A stretch of 44,509 bases of DNA. Source: Hyphochytrium catenoides (taxonomy: Eukaryota; Protista; Hyphochytriomycota). This document shows positions 35,791 through 44,509 of this stretch, one piece after another. Below the pieces are notes generated by a model. It saw only the letters and a list, made by a program, of their open reading frames with translations. It did no database searches and was not told the DNA's origin. The translations under genes and the position numbers were made by a program. The stretch covers positions 1 to 44,509 of the forward strand of contig FLMG01000013.1 in NCBI GenBank assembly GCA_900088475.1, in the 5' to 3' direction. Every line of letters begins with the position of its first letter. Position 1 is the first letter of the stretch.

Positions 35791-36796
35791 CCGAAGAGTG
35801 CGGCCGACACCGTCGTCTCCCTTGCGACTCTGTTTGGCTCTTCTTACTAAGCATATTTAGATGTTCTCTATGGGTCGCTTCTCGCCCCAATAGGAATGCT
35901 GCAGCATCAGTGTGAGAACGGGCGATGTCGCCATCGCCTCCAACGCAAAGTCATCCAATGGAAAGAAGAGAAGGATCAGAATAACCAGATGCAAAATATT
36001 CGACTACTCTTTCGGGCAGGAGGAGACACTTGGGCTACTCGCGATGACAACACGTCCGGCACGGAGCTATTCCTTTCAATGAATGGAGAGACTCCAATGC
36101 GCCATCGCCTACATTCAAGAACTACTAATCCTCCACCTGATGGCACTATGGCTGTTTCCGCCGTTGCAGCTTGGATAAACTGACCTCTGATCACTGACAA
36201 GTCAAGCGCGCGGTCGAGCTGTTGAGCTGCCCAGCAGGAGCATTGACAAGCAGTCAAGAGAAGGAGAAAGCCCGATGACAGCGGTCAAAAGCGGTGATGA
36301 GTCTGAAGCCCAGGAGACCTCGGACCCACGCCAAGCAGAACTGTGAGCAGCAGCAACCTTCTTAGCGGCAAACCCACAACCTAACTGAGACAAACAACAC
36401 AAAAGGTAATATAACTCACGTCGGGTCTAGAGCATGGCTCTTAGAGTAATGACATAAAATAGAAACGGTGGGTTTGGTTATAGAGTGTGTTTGGAATGGT
36501 AGCGGGCTGTGTTAGAGGAGGTACTGGCATGAGGGTCTCAGTTCTGGTATTTAGAGAGCCGGTAACCGATAAGAAATGCAGCCCAATCGTAGTCTATTTT
36601 TTCCTTTGCCAAGGAACGACCAGGCTTACATAGAATATTGCAGCTCGATGAGAGCTTCATGGGGCACCAGCGGTCAGGGCAGGAGGCTTCTATGGAGATT
36701 TGAAGCAGAGTCAGAGCTCACCGGGGCCCGTCGGCTTTCTACCAAGGAGCAGATGCAGCGGTAGAGCGACTGCTCTGCAATTTCCACGATAAAAGC

Positions 36797-38511
36797 ATGT
36801 CGGCAGCCGAGAAGGCTATCCAGGCACTGGACGCGCTCTTCGCATCAAAACAGAGCTCCAGCGCTAGCAGGTACGACAAAGGCTATTTCATAGATATTTT
36901 TTTTGACTCTAATAGCGCACGACGACAGGACTGTAAATTACACCCGGCCAGCGCCTGAGAAGAGGAAGGCTATAGGCAAATCGGGGAGGGATTCGAAGCG
37001 GCAGTCCGTGGCCTCGCCACCGTTGAAGAAAAAGCAAGCAGTGGTTTACCAGGAGGATCAGACGCTTTATTGTTCGCTGCCCCCGACACTTTTGACTAGC
37101 TCATCTCAGGTGTGTCAACATCAGTGGAAACTATTTATTTCTGCTGGGCTTACCGGGTGTAATCTCAAGAATGGAGCTAGGCCTGAGGCTGCCGAAGGCC
37201 TCCAGTCCTTCGTGAAGGAGATCTTACTGCCTATCCATGGGGAGAAGGTGGGGCCCTATTCATCTCTTCCTATCGTAAAGCTTGCCCTCCTTTCTACGAA
37301 GCTCTTAACCTATGGGCTCCTTGTGTCCGGAAACGAGAGAGACAGGATGAGTACAGAGAAACAAATTATATTTTGACATTTCTCCATTCTTTATCCATGG
37401 ACCCCAATGACAGACAAGTCAAAGCATTATCAATAACAAGCTAGCTAGGAAGGTCCTGCTGCTTGATAGTCAAGTGAAAAACAGAAAGCTCGAGAACGTG
37501 AGTGTGCCCTCATCTCTTGTCCTGGAGCCTAGCTAACGACAATGCACCGTATAAAGAAACCTGTCCAAGTGTCAAGGAAGCTGACTAGGAAAAGATGCAG
37601 AGAATTAAGCTTAGAAGGAAAGAATTCTACCCTGGAGCTCTCGTAAGTATCTTTTCTTCATTTGGCTGAGAGGATCAGAGAAACGCAGAAACAGATGGGA
37701 ACAGATTTGACTTGATCAGGGTGATGGTGACAGTCAGAATATGACAGCAGTACACCTAAGCGATACATGGAAAAACGAGCCATAACCTGCTCCCATCAAA
37801 CACGACAGCGGGCAGCTGGCATGGCATCGACTCAAACGACCTCTCCCGCAGCTATGCAAGTATGGGGTTTGTCTCCGACCTCTGGCGGACATATATGGAG
37901 GCGTCACTCGGCGACTTGCTCCAGCAAACTCAGCAGGGAACCTTAGACAATCAACGGAGAGAAACGTTCTGCGAGCGCGTTCAAAAGATGGACTTCAATG
38001 GATGCTTGCTAGAAGGTATATCTCTTCAGATTAGCATGTTGATGGCATAATGCTTGCCTTTTGTTGCCTGTAGTACTCTCTATCATGATCTTCTCCTCTT
38101 CCGACAAATCAAGAACCGCAACTGCCTTTATCTTCTGTGTGCTTCCCCTTCTCTGTCTACTTTCTGCTGGCATCCTCTTCCTGTTCAAGCTCAGTAAACC
38201 TTTAACCGTTTAATCATACAATCTCCTCTTCCACTCCTCGTAGTCAGCAGGTCATTGACACCTTCTACGGTTGGTTTGGAAGGAATTGTAACGAGGGAGA
38301 CCGCGCGGACGTTCCAGTTACTTACGAAAGAAGATAGGGTCATAGGTAAGAAAGCTCCTCGAAAGCCTTTGGCAACCATTGCTCCCTAAGAATATGTCTT
38401 CTCGCAGTGGTCCCCAAGCAAGGAAGCAACTTCTCTTTCAGCGCGAAGGGACTAAGGATCACAATCGATGGGGCTAGATTTTGCGATAGGTTAAAAGACC
38501 TTCCTGCCTGA
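36797..38511 (+). CDS. POP4: RNase P/MRP protein subunit POP4 (Rpp29), about 8 exons
   Basis: Hand-spliced product: MSAAEK...LYCSLP...SFVKEIL...KLARKVLLLD...SDLWRTYM...KMDFNGCLLEVSRSLTPSTVGLEGIVTRETARTFQLLTKEDRVIVVPKQGSNF...*. This matches the Rpp29 pattern D-x-x-G...S...VG-x-x-GIV-x-x-ET-x-x-TF...VPK...F. All junctions GT-AG; TGA at 38509-38511. Confidence 0.85.
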
Positions 38512-38564
38512 CCCTTGCAGAAATCTTTTGATTGTATAACTGTGAGACTTGGAGAAAGCTACCG

Positions 38565-38623
38565 CACCGGGACTGTTTTGGACAATCACGAGCACACCGG
38601 GACTGGTTTGGACAATCACGAGC
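38565..38623. repeat. 30-bp tandem duplication downstream of the POP4 stop
   Basis: CACCGGGACTGTTTTGGACAATCACGAGCA followed by CACCGGGACTGGTTTGGACAATCACGAGC (one mismatch). Confidence 0.9.
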
Positions 38624-39329
38624 GAGTGCCATCAGCGCCTACTGCAGAGGGTAAGGAACGGCGTTATGTTGAAGCCGAGGAGACTGCCTCACTAGCTAGT
38701 GTCACGGCCCAGCGAGGTAGTCGTACCAGCGAAGTGCGTGCCTAGATGGCCCTTCAACCAACGATGTGGGGACTAGATGGGCACTGCACCGTAGAGTAGT
38801 TGGGAGCAACTGCTACAGCCCAACATCAGCCGACATGGAGATATTTCAAGGGCTACGAAGAACATCAGACTCCTTCAGCCCGTCGGCGGAGGGTCACATA
38901 CGAGCACAGTTGTTCCCCTCCCCAGTTTGAGTTCACTTCTGCGCGCGAGCTTCTCTTCTACGTTTGTTATTCCGCATATCAAGTTGATAAGAAGATGGAT
39001 AGCGGGAGGAGATTCTATAAACCTTAGTCAAGCCCATCCCCACATGTCATATCGTAACAAACCTTGGCCATAGTTCTATACTGTGATGCTGGACTGCAGC
39101 ACGAAGCTTGAGAAGGTGCTTGATAGGTAGATGGGCGGCATCGCCTTCAGTCAGCTTCCATGATATCGGAGGAACCAGCTGCGCAGTGCGAAAGCTTCAC
39201 TTTATTTTTTTAGCACTCGGTGATGGTGGTGTGGCCTCAATCCAGGCATCTCTATTGCTGAAGGCCTTTATTATTATGTGCTTCTGACTTATGACTGAGC
39301 GTCTCCAGGTCTCAAGATGGGAAAAAGAT

Positions 39330-39402
39330 TGACCACGGCCGGGATTGAACCGGCGACCTACTCGGTGTAAACGAGACGTGATAACCACTACACCACGCGG
39401 CC
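39330..39402 (-). tRNA. tRNA-Val(UAC), copy 1
   Basis: 73-nt cloverleaf GGCCGCG...TTTACAC...GGTTCAATCCC...CGTGGTCA, with A and B boxes and a downstream T5 Pol III terminator. Confidence 0.97.
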
Positions 39403-39496
39403 CTACGATATAATGCCCTAAGCTAATGGGGACATTAGTGAGGCTTGGTAGCTTCTGAACGAGGAAGGGTACATCATTACATCATAGAAAAAGAAA

Positions 39497-39569
39497 TGAC
39501 CACGGCCGGGATTGAACCGGCGACCTACTCGGTGTAAACGAGACGTGATAACCACTACACCACGCGGCC
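39497..39569 (-). tRNA. tRNA-Val(UAC), copy 2
   Basis: Identical to copy 1; downstream T-run terminator. Confidence 0.97.
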
Positions 39570-39730
39570 CCGCTTTCTGGACGGTCAAGCTCATCATGGT
39601 GATTTATCCCGAAAAGCTAATACACGTTGTTCGCTGTATCCGAGTAGGGTGTTTGAATGTATCCTTGTACCTTAACCACGTACTACTCATGAACAACTAT
39701 GACTATGAAACATTGATTCTCAGGTAGCAG

Positions 39731-39803
39731 GGCCGCGTGGTGTAGTGGTTATCACGTCTCGTTTACACCGAGTAGGTCGCCGGTTCAATCCCGGCCGTGG
39801 TCA
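39731..39803 (+). tRNA. tRNA-Val(UAC), copy 3
   Basis: Identical to copies 1 and 2 in the opposite orientation; followed by GTCTTTTT. Confidence 0.97.
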
Positions 39804-40050
39804 GTCTTTTTAACAAAGGCGGTATCTGTTCTTTCCTATAACACTGATGATGAGACAGATTTTCGTACCGCCCAATGTACACGTGGCTAGATTGGGATAG
39901 GGATAGGATCTTAATTCGAAATCAATGACTTGTGATTCTGTATCTGAATGTTGAAGTTTCTCTGTGGAACATCCGAAAGGCAGTCCTTGAGATCTTTCCC
40001 AGCCTTCCACTCTCTCTCTCTCTCCCTAACCACACCTCTGAGAGAGAGCT

Positions 40051-40052
<2 letters not shown>

Positions 40053-40112
<60 letters not shown>
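40053..40112. repeat. Perfect (GA)n microsatellite, about 30 units, intergenic
   Basis: Directly visible upstream of the 40548 gene. Confidence 0.95.
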
Positions 40113-40116
<4 letters not shown>

Positions 40117-40547
40117 AAAGAGGAAGAGGTAGGAGATGGACATTGGTAAGTTTGAACCGTCAGGATGGCTGTAGCGAATAGCTGTCAGCCACACAGCACA
40201 CCGATGAGAGATGCAAGGAAAGCAAGAAAGAGAGAACTATAGGGACATACTTACTCTTCCTGTCTTCTTCTTTCTTTCTCCTGCGCCCCGACATCTCTCT
40301 TTTCCTTGTTCCCCAGACCCTCTACTCCAAGTGAATGAGAGAGAGAGAAGAGCGCCACACTTAACAAGGAACACTCCGGACACAGCGCTCTTTCTTGAAG
40401 GTTTCTCCACTTTCGCACCGCCATTTCCTGGTCTGACTGATCTGCTCAGCTCCAAAGGCTGTACCCGCTGACCAAAAAGCACTGCCATATACTTCTTTTC
40501 CATCTGCTGATCAAGATCAGACAGAGTTTGGGACTTGCTGAGTAACT

Positions 40548-42318
40548 ATGAGGACCATCAGTCAACTGGCATCGATCATCTTGGCCTTATGGGCGCAAGG
40601 TGTTTCGGCTGGGCCAGCAGATGTCCTGGCAGGTGCCCGGCCGCTCTTTACGATTCCAGTCTCTCTTCAGTCTGATCTCGAGTATTATGATGGGCTTACT
40701 CCTGGTCAGGCTGCGGATATGTTTATGGAAAAGCACGGCCTACAAAGCCGAAGTAATGCCCCTGCTGTTCGCCAGCAGCTCGAGTACATTGTAACACAGG
40801 CCATACAAAAGGCGCAGGGCGATAGCGCAGTGGTCTTCCGCATGCCTATCCAAATTGAAGGGCGCGGTGAGGTGATGTTTTCTCTCAAATCTGGGCAGAC
40901 CGTTCAGGTCGCAGTCCAGGAATTTCTTTCGAAGAATGGCCTCGCACAGGACGTCGGCTCTCAGCTGGTTCAAGCTGTACAGAGCCGACTGTCTGAGAAC
41001 CAGCAGCAGCAGCAGTCACAGCCCCAAGCTTTGGTACGAATTCCTGTTAATATTGGTGACAGCCAGCTGGATCTCGTGCATTACTATGGGCAAAACGTGT
41101 ATGATGAAGTTGAAGCCTTTCTACGACGAAACAGCGCTGCATCAGAGCAAGAAATTCCTTCTCTCAAAGCGCAGCTGAGCTCTTTGGTGCTTACACGCTT
41201 GGGAGCAGCAAGACAAAACCGCCATGAGCAGAGACTGAACCAGCAACCGTCCCGTCACCTTGAGCTGCCAGTGACTCTCAGTGAGTCAGACTCTGGAAAA
41301 ATTTACCTCTACGACAACGAGAAGCTCTCCGACGCTGTCATCAGCTTTGTCTTTGAGTACGGACTCAACACTGCCCCTGATGCCGAAGCTCTTGCCCAAC
41401 AACTCCTTGCAGAAGCCCAGAAGAGGTAAGGAAAAGCAATACTCTTGGACAAAATTGTGGAACAAGAGCAATAGAGAGCAAGAGTATTCCTTAAAGAGCT
41501 CTAGATGTTTGCTCAGTAACTGACATTTCTTTCCGTTGCATCTGAATAGGGCTGCTTTATGGAGCCAGATGGCAACCCCTCTCTTCCAACTCTCGGTGGA
41601 TTTGAATGGACAGCTCGTACCACTCTCTTATCCTCGCGGAGCTACCCCTGAAGAAGCCGTGAACAATTTTCTGGCCCAGAATGGACTTCAAAACGCCCCG
41701 AACGTCGCTTCTATCAGGGAACAGCTGCTTGCGCTTGTAAATCAACAAATCGATCGGCTTCTAAAGCAGCAGCAGCAGCAGTTGCAAGGCGACCAGCAAC
41801 AGCTCCAGGAACAAAGGACCCAAGAAACGCAGGAGCAGGGGACCTCTGAGTCCGGAGAGGGCGCAAACGAAGGTTCCGCAGATGAAGTTTTCACTTTGCC
41901 ACTGAAGTTCGGGGATAAAATCTATGAGATGCAATACCGGCGTGGTGCAACGGTGACACAACTTGCGGAGGGCTTTTGCTCTGAGACATGGGAGGCAGTC
42001 CGCGACGTACTTGTCGGGGTCCCCAATGCTCCAACGGACGCTAATCAGTGCGCGGAATGGGTTTCCGAGGTCATTGCCGAGACCCTTTCGAATAGGGCCG
42101 GGGCTAATGAGGAAGCAGATGGACAGCCAGCAGCCAAACCACTTCTCTTCTCACTTAATGTTACCGTTCAAGATGGTAATGTCGTTCCCTTCAACGTCTA
42201 TGAAGGGGATGTAGCGGAAGACGCTGCAAGGAACTTCTGCGTGGCTAATGGCCTGGATGAGGGTGCACATTTGCCTGCACTTATGGACGCCATTCAGCAG
42301 CAGGTTTCAGCTGCTTAG
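40548..42318 (+). CDS. Secreted protein (signal peptide) of 548 aa composed of seven approximately 55-65-aa beta-beta-alpha-alpha (PFU-like) repeats; 2 exons
   Basis: Exons 40548-41425 and 41550-42318; intron GTAAGG...AATAG. Signal peptide MRTISQLASIILALWAQGVSA. Repeated pattern LF-x-I/L-P-V...L-x-Y-x-x-G-x-T/D-x-x-x-A-x-x-x-F...GL. Confidence 0.85.
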
Positions 42319-43742
42319 AACCTCTTCTCTCCTCATTGCCCTTCTCATACACCCAATCTCCCCTTGTATGCTCCCTTTTGGCCTGTGATGTACAGATAGA
42401 GGCTCTTCCAATGAATGGACTGAGAGCTGTCTTAAAGTGAGAGATTCGTCTCCTTGCATATCAAATAAACCACCATCACTTCTACTGGACTAAGTGAGAG
42501 CCTATTGGTCTATAAGGAGCTCGTCTGGCCCCACACGTGCAAGCATTACGCTGCTCAGCACCTTCGTAAGACATCTGGGAGGGTGATCATCGACTTCTTG
42601 GCCACTATTTCATTACACCTGGAGTAGTTATGGGTTGTCGTTGATGGCTGAAGTAAGATCCTCTTCGTTACTTGGGTGGGCCTATAGCTGGGTCTGCCCT
42701 AGCGCTATGGACCTAGACCTTGACCCCACCGCCTGGCATGATCGAACTGATCCGTTCAGCATTGCCGCGTCTCCGGCTGCACTTCCCTGCACAGCCACCA
42801 TCGTGAAAGCCAGCTGCTTACCGATCACTTCCTCATTAGTCTGTGACGCTTCATTTCTTACCAATCATCGGCCACTGAGAGGGTGACGTTGAATCTGGAC
42901 CTGGTGGCATTGCGAGACAGAGAAAAGCTAATCAGTACCAAGTGATAGGGGATTGGTGCCGGTGAGATATCAGAGGGATACCTCTGGCCTCAGATAATCG
43001 CATATCTGTAAATGTGCAGTATTGATGCCAATTTAAGTCTGTTATTATTGCGGAAGTAGGTATCCGATATGGACATCCATTTTTTAGCCATTACATAAGT
43101 ACTTCAGATCCTATAATAGTCGTAATAGTGCCGTGATAGAAGTGTAAGGGTAGAAAATTCCTGTGTGTTTCTTCGTGCCACTATGCAGAGCCGAGGGCCT
43201 CTTATTACTAAGGTTTTCAAACCTGCAAAGCCCTATATTCGGGGCATTTTATCTTGGAGATGTCGCCGTATTACTACGTGGAATACAGTTCAGACGCGGC
43301 CTCAGTCTCTGGACCCCAAGGGAAACCTGCCTCAGAGGCGTGAGAACCCTTTCTTGTCGTCTGGGAGACAGGGAGAAGAAAGTTGAAGAGAGAGAGAGAG
43401 AGACAGAGAGAGAGAGACAGAGAGAGAGAGAGAACAAAAAGAGAGAGGAGAGAGCGAGAAAGAGAGTGAGAGAGAAGAGAAGGAAGAGAGAGCCATGCAC
43501 ATTAATCACAAGGGGATAGTAGAGAGGAGAGAGAGAGGAAGAAAGGGTAGGGAGCGTGGGATCACAGCTTATCAAGTGAGAGACAGGAGATGCTCTTGCT
43601 CTTAGAAGAGGTGCGGGTGCACAACTGCACAGAGACAGCAGGAGGGAGAGACAGACTACATGTTGGCCACAGCGCCTTCACCAGGTCCGCGGGGAGACTG
43701 CGAGTCTGAAGGCATTCTCACGTTTTCCTCAGTCTGAGATTG

Positions 43743-43782
43743 CGCTCTGCAACCCGCTCTGCAACCCGCTCTGCAACCCGCT
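43743..43782. repeat. 12-bp tandem repeat (CGCTCTGCAACC) x3.3 upstream of the carboxypeptidase gene
   Basis: Directly visible. Confidence 0.9.
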
Positions 43783-43894
43783 GACACTCTGGCCTATCGC
43801 TAAGCTGGATAAGTGTGGGCTAGGGGAAGAGACAGAAAGAGAGTGAGAGAAAGAGAGTGAGAGAGAGAGAGAGAAAGAGAGACTGTGTACGAGA

Positions 43895-44509
43895 ATGCAC
43901 CTCTCCTCGTTGTTTCGGCGAGTTTCTTTGGCTGCTGTCATCGCCCTCTCGGTTGGCACAGCAGTAAGCGGGAAGAGAATTCCTCTACATTTGCTTATAA
44001 AGCAAAGCGCAGCCCTTAGTCTACAGGCCACGTCACCAGCTTTCGATGATGTCTCTTCCTCTCCATCCCTCCCTCTCGCGGATGATCACCAAGGTGCGGA
44101 TACGTTTTATAAAGGCCTTGAGGAGCTGTTTCCTTTATCTGATCCACCTTCCCGCGTTTCTCTCTCTCTCTCTCTCTNNNNNNNNNNNNCCGCCCACATT
44201 CTCTGTCTCGCTGGCTGCCTATGTCTGGCTGTCTTCCCCTCATCCTCTCTCTCCGTTCGGCCATCATCTTCGCTCTCTTCTTCTGCTATTTTCTGCAGTG
44301 AGAAACCTTCCAGGAGCTCCGGAAGAGTTCAAGTCTCGAAACTGGGCTGGACTCCTCCCTGTCGATGACAGGAGAAAGGGTGGCAAGCTCTTCTACTGGT
44401 AAGGCCTCAGACTGTTCAAAGACCTTGCCATGGCTCTCTTGCTAAAAGTCAATGCTTGTTCTCTTCTGGTTTGACTAAATATCACTGTCTCATTGGTCTT
44501 GTCGCTTCC
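43895..44509 (+). CDS. Serine carboxypeptidase (peptidase S10, KEX1/SCPL-like), 5' part only
   Basis: Exon 43895-44093 (signal peptide, ...ADDHQ) plus exon 44299-44398 give ADDHQVRNLPGAP...NWAGLLPVD...GKLFYW, the classic S10 N-terminus (V-x-x-LPG...AG-x-L-x-V...LFYW). The next intron runs off the window. Confidence 0.85.

Noticed and set aside
1509-37169. Apparent excess of 3n stop-free introns (1509-1580, 4643-4717, 9680-9748, 14537-14590, 31139-31282, 37110-37169)
   Set aside because: For introns this short, the number is about what chance predicts; only the 333-nt case was kept as a finding.
38565-38623. 30-bp direct repeat as a CRISPR-like array
   Set aside because: Two abutting copies with no spacer, in a eukaryotic context with no cas genes.
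39659-39678. GTATCCTT next to CCTTAAC (U12-type donor and branch consensus)
   Set aside because: The motifs are adjacent with no room for an intron, and they lie in a tRNA spacer; coincidence.
42400-43600. Short ORFs between the secreted repeat gene and the carboxypeptidase (also 38515-39027)
   Set aside because: No recognisable motifs or coherent exon chain.
1360-44298. Introner elements or transposons (repeated intron sequences, TIRs, transposase or RT ORFs)
   Set aside because: Introns share no recognisable sequence beyond simple repeats, and no mobile-element protein motifs were seen by eye.

Overview
Eukaryotic, intron-rich nuclear DNA with the standard genetic code and canonical GT-AG introns. 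It is probably a stramenopile/protist, which I infer from gene content only. Splicing the exons by hand gives these genes in order: the 5' end of a possible RNA-binding protein (-); an SRPBCC/START-fold protein (+); a UBR1/2-type N-recognin E3 ligase with UBR box, ClpS and split RING-H2 (-); and an 18-kb gene of about 38 exons and about 3,200 aa (-). Next come an SRSF1/SF2-type SR splicing factor (+), an intronless 6-TM TKL-type kinase (-), the RNase P/MRP subunit POP4/Rpp29 (+, absent as a unit from the ORF track) and three identical tRNA-Val(UAC) genes. The window ends with a secreted protein of seven PFU-like repeats (+) and the 5' end of an S10 serine carboxypeptidase (+). The giant protein combines an intron-split AP2/ERF-like motif, a putative Zn site, an IQ motif, repeated beta-rich modules and a C-terminal EF-hand pair. 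The most notable observations are: the hidden AP2 + IQ + EF-hand architecture; an adenylyl-cyclase-type membrane anchor fused to a kinase with DFA and a degenerate P-loop; 4-bp anticodon stems in all three tRNAs; a GGA-rich, PTC-containing intron in the SR gene; and (GA)n/(CT)n microsatellites, in places complementary across intron ends. All domain calls are motif recognition by eye; no searches were run.
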